Positions 48,569-61,764 of a DNA stretch of 64,000 nucleotides are shown here, in pieces. This stretch comes from Phyllosticta citribraziliensis (lineage: Eukaryota), in the NCBI RefSeq assembly GCF_038025025.1, contig NW_027117348.1:1116001-1180000 (forward strand). The letters run 5' to 3'. The notes under the pieces are model-generated. The model searched no databases, was not told where the DNA came from, and was given only the letters and a program-made list of their open reading frames with translations. Each line of letters begins with the position of its first letter. Positions within the stretch are counted from its first letter, which is position 1. A program made the position numbers and the translations under genes.

Positions 48569-50132
48569 ATGGTATGTACAAGACCCTCAGCTCTCGCCGC
48601 GCTAACCCGCCCAGTCCACCCCGGAATACGTCCCCCAGCCCGGCCAGTGGCCTGTCGATCCACAGCACGACGTCCCCATTGACGACGACCGCGTCTGGAT
48701 TGACGGCTGCTTCGACTTTAGCCACCATGGTCCGTCCGACCCCAACATGCGCAACCCAAGCTGACCTCTGCCAGGCCATGCCGGCGCAATGCTGCAAGCC
48801 CGCCAGCTCGGCAGGGAGCTGCTGGTTGGCGTGCACTCGGACGAGGCCATTCTCGAAAACAAGGGTCCCACCGTAATGACCCTCAAGGAACGGTAGGTGA
48901 CCAGCATACACCACCCACCTCAGCTCTGACCATCTTAGCATTGCCGCCGTCGACGCCTGTCGCTGGGCCACCAAGTCCATTCCCCACGCTCCCTACGTCA
49001 CCTCATTGCCATGGATCTCCCACTACGGCTGCAAGTACGTTGTTCACGGCGACGACATCACCTCCGACGCCTCGGGCGAGGACTGCTACCGCTTCGTCAA
49101 GGCGGCCGGTCGCTTCAAGATTGTCAAGAGGACGCCCGGCATTTCGACGACTGATTTGGTGGGGCGCATGCTGCTATGCACCAAGACACACTTTATAAAG
49201 AGTCTGGACAAGGCTCTGGCCGGCGAAGAGGGAAGCGGCAGCGATCAGGAGCGGAAACAAGCTGGCGAACAAATGACGGAGAGAATAAAGGCGTATGCGT
49301 CCAACGAGACCGGTCTCGAGCCAGGCTCCGAAGTCTGGGTGTGGCATCAAGCTGTCGAGAGCAAGACGGCCGAGCCCAGTGGAACCAATGACGATGGAAA
49401 GTGCAGCAAGATGGTCGACGGTGTAGCACCGAAAAAGGGACAGCGTGTGGTATACGTAGACGGCGGATTCGACCTCTTTTCGTCAGGTCACATCGAGTTT
49501 CTTCGGAGTGTCGTCGAGAAAGAGGAGAAAGAAGGTCGGGAACGGGGTTGGTACACCCAAGAAGCGACGCAGCAACGCATAGCAGAATCGGGATCCGACT
49601 ACAGCCCGGCCTATGTTGTTGCAGGCGTTCATGACGACCAGGTCATCAACCATTGGAAGGGCGTCAACTATCCCATCATGAACATTTTCGAGCGCGGTCT
49701 CTGCGTTCTGCAGTGCAAGGTTTGTGGATCCTACCTCGTCATTTCCAATGCTCACAAGCGCAGTACATATCTGCTGTCGTCTTTTCCGCGCCCTTCACTC
49801 CGTCGTCCTCCTTCTTGAAGTCTCTGCCCTACGGCCTTCCGAACGTCATCTACCATGGTCCCACTTCGTTTATGCCATCGGTCGAAGATCCATACGTGGA
49901 CGCGAAGAAGCTAGGAATTTTCCAGGAGATTCATTCTCACGACTTTGCCCACGTCAATGCTGGAGAGATTGTCGGTCGCATCATGCGCAGTCGAGCTCAA
50001 TACGAGGAGCGCCAACGCGTCAAGGGCGTCAAGGGCATTGGAGAAGAAGCAGTACGTCGACGGGAAGAGATGGAAAGGGAAGAGAGCGCGAAAGCTGCGG
50101 AGAGAGAGGCGTTGAGACAGAGCAAGGCTTGA
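48569..50132 (+). CDS. ECT1: Ethanolamine-phosphate cytidylyltransferase
   Basis: ATG-only first coding exon; WIDGCFDFSHH|GHAGAMLQA, VGVHSDE..NKG, VVHGDD, KRTPGISTTDLVGRML and second domain YVDGGFDLFSSGHI. Confidence 0.93.
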
Positions 50133-50679
50133 TCTGATATTTGGAACTGATCTTTCCGACGGCATTGGAGAGGGGTTTCAACAACTAAAGCATTGGAGAG
50201 CATTGAATTTTGGAGCTTAGATACCATCAACTGTTGGATTTCGGACGACAGAATAATTCAGCGGCAATTGAACTTGAGTTCATTCAATCACCGACAGCGG
50301 CGGCATTACGACTTTAGGGAACCCGTTTCCGACCAATGGCCAGTCCGATCTCGGGCGGTCTTCATCCCGAGCGGCCGCCAGCGTTCCCCGGTCCCCGCAA
50401 CATCGTCGACGTCAAAAGCTCGAGCTTGGGCCCACGCTTCCCCAGACTTTCCAACATCTCAGGGACGTGTTTGACAGGATATCACGACCAGACTTTGCTC
50501 GACACTTGCGGGAACAGTTTCCCGTCCTCGTTGAATGACTGACACTTTTAAGAGCTGGATCCCTTTTTGTCATCTACAATTCTAGACTGTTTGAATTGTG
50601 TTTTATATCGTCATCTTTCCGTCTACATTCTGTTTTTGCTTCCTTGTGCTCTAGATTCACCTCAAAGACTACAATCACA

Positions 50680-52085
50680 ATGGCAGACCCGAAAGACCTC
50701 CCCTACCGGATAACGGACCTCGAAGCCAGCTTCAACACCAACGCCACGCCCTCCAACAACGCATCCAGTTCCTCGGACGAACTCCTCAAACCACCACCAA
50801 CCGCCGCACCTCCCGCCACCAAACCGCCACTCTCCTCCCTCCTCTCCTCGTACGACTTTGAAACCGTCGCCTCGCGCACGCTGGCACCCAAAACATGGGC
50901 CTTTTACGCATCGGCAGCCACCGACCAACTCACACGCGACGCCAACCGCGCCAGCTTCGACCGCATCTGGTGGCGGCCGCGGGTACTGCGCAACGTCTCG
51001 CGCGTGTCGACAGGCGCACGCATGCTGGGGCGCGACGTGTCGGTGCCGCTCTTCGTCAGCCCAGCAGCCATGGCGCGCCTCGTGCATCCCGACGGCGAGC
51101 GCGCGCTGGCAGCGGCGTGTGCCAGCCGCGGCGTCGGCCAGTGCATCAGCACAAATGCGAGCTACCCTCTGCCCGAGATCCTCGACGCCTGTGGAGGCAG
51201 CGCGACAAAGGCCCCGCCGCACCCCGTCTTCTTCCAGCTGTACGTCTCGCGGGATCGCGCGGCGACGGCGTCGCTGGTCCGCTCGCTGCCGCGCCCGGCC
51301 ATTGCTGCCCTCTTCCTGACCGTCGACGCCCCCGTCCCCGGGAAGCGCGAGGCCGACGAGCGCGTTGCGGCGCCCGACGACCTCGCGGCGCCCATGAGCG
51401 GCGCGCGCGCCACGAACGACGCGAAAGGCGGCGGGCTCGGGCGCGTCATGGGGGCCTACATCGACGCAAGCCTCACATGGGACGACGTGGCGTGGCTGCG
51501 GTCGCTGCGGCCCGACCTGCCCATCGTGCTCAAGGGGATACAAGGGGCAGCGGACGCGATGCGCGCGGTGGAGGCGGGCGTGCAGGGCATCGTCGTCAGC
51601 AACCACGGCGGGCGCAGCCTCGACACCAGTCCGCCGGCCGTGCTGGTGCTGCTGGAGCTGCAGCGCTGCTGCCCGTGGGTGTTTGAGCGGCTGGAGGTGT
51701 ACGTGGATGGCGGCGTGCGCAGGGGCACTGACGTCGTGAAGTGTCTCTGCTTGGGCGCGACGGCTGTCGGTATGGGGAGGCATTTCTTGTATGCGTTGAA
51801 CTATGGCCGCGAGGGCGTTGAGAAGTTGGTTGACAGTGAGTTCCCCTCTCTCTTGCTCCGGAATCCAAACCAGAACAACCGTCTAACATCGCCGCAGTCA
51901 TGAAAGACGAAATCGAAGTCTCCATGGCCAACCTCGGCGTCAAGCACCTCGACGAACTGCACCCCGGTCTGGTCAACACGCTAGACGTCGACCACCTCGT
52001 CCCCACGACCATGGACCACCCGTACGCCAAGTGGTCGCCGCGGAGCCGGCTGGTCAAGGACGCTGCATCAAAGGCCAAGCTATAG
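50680..52085 (+). CDS. FMN-dependent alpha-hydroxy acid dehydrogenase (flavocytochrome b2-like, no heme domain)
   Basis: RPRVLRNV, FVSPAAMARL.HPDGE, FFQLY, LTVDAPVPGKRE.DER, VLKGI, SNHGGR.LD and DGGVRRGTDVVK; one 3' intron. Confidence 0.9.
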
Positions 52086-52790
52086 TCGGAGACAATGGAT
52101 GACTGGGGGAAGGGAAGGTAGAGGGCTGGGGCGTGCGGTGGATGGGGCAAACCCTTGGATATCTTTCTTGAGCATCTCTCCGCTTTTTGGGTTGGGAAAT
52201 GTTGGGATTCTTTTAGAGATTTTAGACTCTATCACAGCTGTAGATAATATACTTTACATATCTTCCGCGTTGTGGTCTTGAATTCACGTAACCTGAAGGA
52301 GGTTGTGCAGGGCTGGTTGGGCTGTGCCTAATGCGGCCTAGCTCAAACGGTGCCAACTTCAAACGTCTAGAGACTGCGGCAGGAACGAATGCTCCGTTGG
52401 TGTGGCCGCAGTGCCAGGATCTTGTTCATCGAGCAGATCCATCCAACTCCCGAGGTCCAGGATAGCAAGCTTCTCCACAACCAAGATGCCCCCACACCAA
52501 CAGCTAATGCAGTTTACTGATTGCGACATCACAAGCCTCCATACCAAAGAAAGCGTCTTCTCAGTTAATCTCACAAAAGGGGGTTATCTTCAAACCGAAT
52601 TGCAAAAGACTCCCGTCGACGATTGTCAGCGTCTGCAACCGTGCTCCAATCCCACCCCGCCTGTCCAGAGGGCCTGCTCCGCCTCTCGATGCAATTCCCA
52701 ACCAAGCCCTACATGTACAGAGCAACTTTTGCCTGCTTGCACAACCTCTCGACACACCCTGTCCCAAGGCATTCTTGACAAATAGGAATT

Positions 52791-55298
<2,508 letters not shown>

Positions 55299-56256
55299 GT
55301 TGGGAGCTGCCAACGAATGCGGGCAAGCTGCTGGGTTGCGGGCGGGCGAGGGGCGCACGGGTGCGGGTGGCGATGCGGAGAGAGACGAGTGAAGCCGCGA
55401 GGTGGACTGCCGGGCCACAGGTCGACAAGAGGGCGCCGAGGTCGAGAGAGTTGGAGATGGAGAAAAGGGCGACAGCTAGCACGGGAATAGATGAACGTCA
55501 GGTAGAAGCGGCCACATTGACCTGCTCAGGGCGGTGAGGTGTTCGGGCATAGCGCGGGTCGGCGCTTTCGGCAAGGTAGATCCCGAAGGCAGCACATCAA
55601 AACTCTGCGCGGACTCCATCCAACCTCTCTTCTTTACAGTACCGCCGGCAAAAAACACATTACTATCGACACGTCTGACTCTTCTTGTGGACGCTGTTTT
55701 CGCGCCGAGCGAAGACCAATTCACCCATGGCTGGGCGCCCGACTTCGATGAGTCGTCTAGACTTGCACGAGATGTTGGGAATCAGCAGAGGTTACATGCC
55801 ACCTTGTCCTTGAAGGATTGGGGCCGCGGTCGAATTACGAGCGTCAAAACCTCGACTGCTGGGTTGGCCGTCGTTTTGATCGTCGAAATCGCTGGAAAAC
55901 AGGCTCATCGCCTCCGTAACATACAAGCCAAGACATGTCGCTTCAATTTCATTCATTGTTCTGCAAATTCCCTATCTCCATGTGTTTTGAGTGTCCTTTT
56001 CAACCGCCGTAGATCCTCACCGTCTTTTGAGATCTGAGACTTTCCCGCTCAAGATGTAACCCCGTCAAAGCAACCACGCAACTGTCCTGGTACCCGCAAT
56101 TTTCCAAAGCAAAGAACTTTTGTCCCTCTCAAGCTCCTGATTCGAAATCCAATCCACTCAAGCTCATCCACCCTTGGTTTCCTGTGAGAATTCTGTCTGG
56201 CTTCAGCCTCTGCTTTGCCATCTCGCAGCTCTTGGACCAGGAATACCTCGATCAGC

Positions 56257-57891
56257 TTAGGCGACCTCTTCGACCGATTCCTTCGCGTCGGTGTCGCTGA
56301 CGGACTGGCAGACAGGCTTCTCGCTCGTGCAGGTGGACGGGTCGACCTCCATTGCGTCCTTATCACTTCCGCCCTTCTCGCCCTCATCCTTGTTGGCTTG
56401 CTCCTGGTCATGAACCTCCGTGTCGCTGACCTCCAGACGGACACGCTTGCTCTGCTGTTCATCCTCTTGCTCCTCAAGCTGCCTCTTGACGCCGGTGCAA
56501 GTGGTGGGGCCAGCCTCGCTCTGATCCTGGCTCTTTCCACCCTTCTCGTTCTCATCCTTGTTGGCGGCGGCGTTGCCTTCCTCCTGGCCATGGACTTCTG
56601 TGTCGCCGACGGACAGATGCTCACCCTTCTCAACCTCCTGCGCATCCTCTTGCTCAGACTGCTTGACGCTCGTGTGGGTGAGCTCAGCCTCTTCCATGTT
56701 GTTTTCGCGCGTATCATCCTCGTCCTCGGCATTGGTGCTTGGCTCCTTGTCTTGAACTTCGGCGTTGCCAGCGTCGGCGTCGTCGACAGATGGAGAGTCA
56801 CCCTTCTCACTCTCCTGCGCATCTTCCTGCTCAGACTGCTTCTTGACGCTTGTGTCGGTAAGTTCAGCCTTGTTCTGGTCCTGGCTCTTTTCACCTTCGC
56901 CCTCAACCTTGTTGGCGGCGTTGTTGCTTTGCTCCTTGGCTTGAACTTCGGCGTCGACGGCGGACAGGCAGTCACCCTTCTCGCTCTCCTGCTCAGACTG
57001 CGTCTTGACGTTCGCATGGGTGGGTCCAGCCTCGCTCTGGTCCTGGCCCTTTTCACCTTTGCCTCCATCCTCGGTGATCTCTTTCTGCTCCTGGGCAACG
57101 CCTCCACCATTCTTGTCCTCACTCTTTTCCTTCTTGCTGGCAATGCCGTTCTCTCCATCATACTTGTCAAAGTCGCACTCTTCGTCGCTCTCGTCTTCCT
57201 CGATCGGCTTGAGAAGACCAGAGTTCTTGCTGACTCGCAGCCTGTGCTTGGCAAGGAGGTCCGCGGAGAGCACGGGGACGGGCTCGTTGTCCAGAATCTT
57301 CGCTTTGGCATTCTTTGCGTCGCCGGGGGTAATGGCGTGTCCAGAGGAAACTTTGCCCTTGGCTCCGTTGGCCTTCCTTTCCTTGCGCGCCAGCACTTCA
57401 GCGTTGAGATAAGCGACAGCAACGGCATGCTCAACCTCTTCGGCAACGGCCGCCAAGTGAGTGAGAACCGAAGAAGGAAGACTCATCAAGCGATTGGTGA
57501 CCCGGATGCCCCAGAACTCCTCAATTTCGAGGAGACGTCTTTCGGTGACCGAGTCATCAGGACGGAGTCTCCTCAAGGTCATGTCGAACTTGTTCAAGAC
57601 CTTGCGCCAGTGAGCTTTGCTCTGAGACGGGTGAGCTGCCTTGTCGGCCCGAGTCTTTGCGGCGACCCGGCCCACGACCTCACACATGATCGCTTTGTCG
57701 GTCTCGGTGAATTCGATGACAGCCTTGATGGCGTCGGCCCGGGTGTCGGCGGGCAAGCTGTAGATTCTTTCGCCGAGCTGGTCGAGGGCGTCTTTGCCCA
57801 GCTTGGAAAGGCTGGTGGTCTTCAAGGCCTCAATGAAGCTGTTCGCGCCATCGGTCGTGGTGAGGTCGCTGGAGAGGATTTCAGGCTTCAT
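56257..57891 (-). CDS. Lineage-specific acidic repeat protein (array gene 1); C-terminal module cut off by a frameshift
   Basis: Intronless 544-aa ORF. N-terminal domain is homologous to 59000-60289, followed by about 5 acidic repeats and KR..KRVRL. KLIEVFLVQELRD follows the stop in a shifted frame. Confidence 0.75.
   Translation of the reverse strand: MKPEILSSDLTTTDGANSFIEALKTTSLSKLGKDALDQLGERIYSLPADTRADAIKAVIEFTETDKAIMCEVVGRVAAKTRADKAAHPSQSKAHWRKVLNKFDMTLRRLRPDDSVTERRLLEIEEFWGIRVTNRLMSLPSSVLTHLAAVAEEVEHAVAVAYLNAEVLARKERKANGAKGKVSSGHAITPGDAKNAKAKILDNEPVPVLSADLLAKHRLRVSKNSGLLKPIEEDESDEECDFDKYDGENGIASKKEKSEDKNGGGVAQEQKEITEDGGKGEKGQDQSEAGPTHANVKTQSEQESEKGDCLSAVDAEVQAKEQSNNAANKVEGEGEKSQDQNKAELTDTSVKKQSEQEDAQESEKGDSPSVDDADAGNAEVQDKEPSTNAEDEDDTRENNMEEAELTHTSVKQSEQEDAQEVEKGEHLSVGDTEVHGQEEGNAAANKDENEKGGKSQDQSEAGPTTCTGVKRQLEEQEDEQQSKRVRLEVSDTEVHDQEQANKDEGEKGGSDKDAMEVDPSTCTSEKPVCQSVSDTDAKESVEEVA
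56290..57065 (-). repeat. Degenerate intragenic tandem repeats, about 55-60 codons, about 5 units
   Basis: Recurring G.K.QDQSEAGPT / EAELT.TSVK.QSEQE..EKG..LSV.D.EV..E.ANK.E.E. Confidence 0.8.
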
Positions 57892-58160
57892 CTTGCGTGA
57901 TCTGAACGTTGATGATGATTTTGTCGGTTTGTTGTTGGTTCAGAGATGTTGCAGTGAAGTCTGCACTGGTTGGACCGTGTAGTGGGAAGCTGAGGTTCTG
58001 CGCGGCAGTGGTCAGCTTGGTTGGTTGAATGAAGGATGAACAATGACTTACCTCACTTGGGGTGATGGACTGAGAGCAGCCAAGAGACAATGGATGCGAT
58101 GGTCTTTCAAGACGATGACGGTGAGGAGCGGAAGAGAGGACGGAGGGCTTAAAGGTAAGG

Positions 58161-58301
58161 TGAGAGCGGCGTTCAAGAGGCAGTGGATGCGGATGATGGG
58201 CCCTCAAGAAGACGGCGGTGATGGATGGCGGATGAGATGAAGGGCGTGAAGAAGCAATGAGAGCGGTGGTCAAGAGGCAGTGGATGCGGATGATGGACCC
58301 T
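58161..58301. repeat. Direct repeat of about 40 bp, offset 97 bp, upstream of array gene 1
   Basis: tgagagcgg...tcaagaggcagtggatgcggatgatgg at 58161 and 58258. Confidence 0.8.
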
Positions 58302-58999
58302 GAGGTCGAAGTGGCTGTGGTGGAGTTCGGGTGGGAGAGATGGTGTGAGGATAAGTTGAAAGGGAAGAGGGTCAGGCGGGGAGTGGAAAAAGGTTGATGG
58401 GAAGTGGAGTAGGCGAGCCGTCGTGAAGTGAACGGGGTGGTGAGTAAGAGAAGCGCCGATGGCCAAAAGTCGAAGCGTAGAGTTGAGTGGTAGCAGAGGC
58501 AGATGGCGAGGATCGAAGGGAATGGAGCGAAAGAGGAGCACTTGTCCACTGCTTCAGATGGAGCTTTGGAGCTGGCGTTCGCTGCCACTGTTGCGTCTGG
58601 TAAGCAGCGTTCGGTCACCACTTCAGAAGGTGCTGGGGAACTGTGGTTTGCTACCGCAGTTGCGATTTCGGTAAGTCTCTGCAAGTTCTTTTCAAAGTCA
58701 ACATACGGGCTGTATTACCTCTCGTCTCCACACTGCTTCCGCCAACTCACGACCCTCTCACGCAGAATTCCCGCCCCGACTACGCAATCCACTCTTTAGC
58801 CTCAATCCCCTGGCCTCGAAATCCCGCGCGCAGGTGTACAAAAAGACGGCCATCCTTGGACACGGACGTGCTGGTGGACGACTGCTCCTCAAGCGCAACC
58901 CCGTTTCCGAATCGGACGAATGGTCCATGGACCCAGCCCTGTTTCGGTCAACGAATGCTCCCAGTCGCTTCCGAGTGCTTCGACAACATACCAGCCACT

Positions 59000-60289
59000 T
59001 CAGGAAGAAGCTGTGATGATCCATCCCAAGCTGCCCCAGAGAAACTTGACCACGGTCCTGGCGACGGTCTCGTCCCCCAGGTCTTGGACCAACCACGCCT
59101 CCAGGCGAATCCAAAATCCTGGAGTTTCCAAGGCCTCCCTGCCAGTAATCCTCTGGGCTTCCTGGCCTTGGTTTCCGAGCTCATGCGTGTGCTCGGCTTC
59201 ACCCTGGTGCTCGTCGATCCCGCTCTCGTCGACGTTCTCGTCCTCACCCTTGCGTTCGTCGTCGGTCATGTTCTCAGCGAGGACCTGAGCGAGGATCTCG
59301 TCGAGGACCTCGTCGACGTTGAAGTCCTTGTCGATGGACATCTTCTGGTTGACCGCATTCTCGCTGGCCACGTTCTCGTCGACCGTGGTCTCGTTGACCT
59401 CGTTCTCGCTGGCCACGTTCTCGTCGACCGTGGTCTCGTTGACCTCGTTCTCGTTGGCCTCGTTCTTGTCGACCTCGTTCTCGTTCTCGTTCTCGTCCTC
59501 GTCGACCGTGGTCTCGTCGATCACGTTCTCGTTGGCGATCTCGTTCTCGTCGACGTCTTCATCACTCTCGGGTTCAGTCTTCGGCTTCAGCAGTCCAGTG
59601 GTGCTGCTGATCCGCAAGCCGTGCTTCTCAAGCAGACTTGGGTCGAGGACCGGAAGCGGTACCGCATCCTTTGGGCCCAGCATCTTCAAGACGTTGACAA
59701 CTTTCTCTTTGGCCGCCTTGGCATCACTACCAGTGATGTTAGTCCTGTCAGGGCCTCTCAGCGACCTCCTCTCAATGCGGCCAAGAGTCTCGGCATTGAG
59801 ATACGCCACGGCCACGAATTCTTTCGTTTTACTGCTGGACATGGTGGCAATGTGCTGCGATGCCGACTGAGAGAGACCCTTCCCCATGGCACGATACCGG
59901 CTGGCACTCTTTTTGCCCCAATGATTCTCGATCCGGTCCAGATTTTCGACGTGTTTCTCGGGCTGCGAGAGAGTAATTCTCTGCTTTGCGTGACTTATTG
60001 GATAAAAACTGCGCACAATGGCCGGGCCAGCAGCTTTTTGCGCCGTCTCGTCATCTTCCTTCAATTTGCACAGCTGAACGATACGTCGGTCCAGGCCCTC
60101 CGAAGCAACTTTGAGGGAATCGATGAATTTGTTTGCGGCTTGACGTTGGTGCTCAGCTGGCAGAATTGCAATGTCGCGCATGATTTGCTCCTGGGTTGCG
60201 TTGGTCAAGATTTCATCGGTGTTGTAGGCTTTCAGGGACTCGAGGAAGGTTTCGATGCCGGCCGCCTTCGAGGAGCTGGAGGATTCCAT
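59000..60289 (-). CDS. Lineage-specific acidic protein (array gene 2), paralog of gene 1, C-terminal module intact
   Basis: 429-aa ORF with VAVAYLNAE, ITGSDAK and PLPVLDPSLLEKHGLRIS..GLLKP; ENEVNETTVDENVAS repeats; FWIRLEAWLVQDLGD. Confidence 0.78.
   Translation of the reverse strand: MESSSSSKAAGIETFLESLKAYNTDEILTNATQEQIMRDIAILPAEHQRQAANKFIDSLKVASEGLDRRIVQLCKLKEDDETAQKAAGPAIVRSFYPISHAKQRITLSQPEKHVENLDRIENHWGKKSASRYRAMGKGLSQSASQHIATMSSSKTKEFVAVAYLNAETLGRIERRSLRGPDRTNITGSDAKAAKEKVVNVLKMLGPKDAVPLPVLDPSLLEKHGLRISSTTGLLKPKTEPESDEDVDENEIANENVIDETTVDEDENENENEVDKNEANENEVNETTVDENVASENEVNETTVDENVASENAVNQKMSIDKDFNVDEVLDEILAQVLAENMTDDERKGEDENVDESGIDEHQGEAEHTHELGNQGQEAQRITGREALETPGFWIRLEAWLVQDLGDETVARTVVKFLWGSLGWIITASS
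59355..59560 (-). repeat. 45-bp (15-codon) intragenic tandem repeat
   Basis: ENEVNETTVDENVAS twice plus degenerate copies and an (EN)n run. Confidence 0.85.
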
Positions 60290-60686
60290 TGTGGGCTTGC
60301 TTCTGGTGCGGTGTCTTGAGGGGAATTATGGATGCTACTTATACGTCAGTGGCCACTCCAACAGAAACCAGAGCGGAAAACTCACGTCGTGGCTTTGCAA
60401 GCGAGTGGTCTTGCGGGGCGGAGCTGGACACCTGGGGAGAGAAAGCACCGCGCTGGGGGTTGAGCGAGAATGGATGCTACGTGCGCGTCAGTGTGGTCAA
60501 TTCAGGGGGATTTAGAGCAAGAAAACTCACGTCGTGGTCTTGCAGGAGGGTGGTCTTGTTGAGCAGAGGTGGAAAGCTGGGTTGAAGAAGGACTGCGGTG
60601 GGGTTGAGCGAGAAGAAGACCAGATCATGACAGGTCGGCGGGACGACAGGTGGACGGGCAGGAGAGCTAGATCAAACGGCGGGAGA

Positions 60687-60746
60687 CGCCGAGAAGCTGT
60701 TCAACTCCCGCCGAGAAGCTGTTCAACTCCCGCCGAGAAGTTGTTC
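60687..60746. repeat. 22-bp tandem repeat, about 2.7 copies
   Basis: cgccgagaagctgttcaactcc twice, then cgccgagaagttgttc. Confidence 0.9.
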
Positions 60747-61078
60747 GATCCCACACGCCGACCAAAAGGAGTGACAGATGTGCACTCAAAATATGGATAG
60801 TCACTTGAAGAGCATGGAGCGTACATGATGCCACATGCTGAATCGTTACAGCCCAAATGTCTTGAAAATATTGGGCCATTTTTTCAGGGGTAGTTGTTTG
60901 ACATGGTAAGTTCTCCCCTCGCCGCCCGGCAGAACTCGCGCTCATGGTGTCGCACTCCAATCCAGCAGTACCCCAATTTGCAGCGTACCTACTTCCAGTA
61001 AACAAATAGGTGAGTATCGAACATCGAAACCTTTTCAATGCAACCAGACACATCAAACTGAAAAGATTCTGAACGAAT

Positions 61079-61764
61079 TCAATCACCTTGGCAGGCTGTA
61101 TCAATCGAAGTCGACAACCACTTCTTCCTCGCATACCAGGCCTCCCCAAAATCTCCCGCCGCCTCTTTCGCCAACCACTTGTCTCCAAGCTCTTGCGCCA
61201 TATATTTCTCAAGATCGTCTCAAAAGTCCTCCGTCGCCATTTTTTCCACGCCACTAAGCAAACATGCCTGCTTTTTGTTTGGAAGCAGTTATGGAGAAGT
61301 TTCAGTTGTTCCCGTAGGGCTCGAATCGGCTTTGTGGTCGTCCTCATTATTCGATGAGAGGAGTTGCATCTCGCTGCTTTTTGTCGTGTCCTGGCGAATT
61401 CCGGGTGTCGCTTTCCTACCGAAGTCACAAAAGGGTTTCCGCCGTGACTCGGATACGCTGTCCGAAAGCGCTTCCCGGACTGCCAGTATTTCCCTCGTCT
61501 CCTTTTCTTCGTCCTGCTCAGTTTTGGAATGAGGCATCGCCGCTTGTTGTTTTGCGTCGCGTCCTGGAAGACTTCCAGCGGTGTCTCCGCGTCCGAGCTA
61601 ACGGTAGAGCTCAGATCGGCATCCAAAGAAGGACATGGTGCTATCTTTCGCCTCTTTGGAGTATTCGAGCACTCCTTTGCTGCTCGAGCCGACAGTGCAG
61701 CTAGCATCGGTACCCTTTGAGATGCACGGCCGTTTAGTGCTTCTAGCGTTCTCTCTTTTTGCAT
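61079..61764 (-). pseudogene. Decayed array gene 3 carrying the shared C-terminal module (5' end uncertain)
   Basis: The frame of ORF 61289-61537 continues past TAA (61289) as KKQACLLSGVEKMATEDF*DDLEKYMAQELGDKWLAKEAAGDFGEAW, with TGA (61220-61222) at the conserved Trp. A frameshift near 61540 is needed to join ATG 61764. Confidence 0.68.

Noticed and set aside
57881..58684. 267-aa Ser/His/Pro-rich minus-strand ORF
   Set aside because: Translation of pyrimidine-rich upstream sequence containing local repeats; no coding signature.
56215..60319. Very hydrophobic plus-strand ORFs 56215-57900 and 58643-60319 that look like membrane proteins
   Set aside because: Leu/Val richness is the mirror of Glu/Asp/Lys/Asn codons on the minus strand, where the conserved paralog motifs lie.
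60687..60746. CRISPR-like array
   Set aside because: Repeats are contiguous with no spacers, and the sequence is eukaryotic.
61079..61764. RIP or A-to-I editing as the full explanation of the gene 3 stops
   Set aside because: The region is not AT-rich or TpA-skewed, and the TGG-to-TGA change is not in a CpA context. An extra TAA and a probable frameshift make simple decay more parsimonious.
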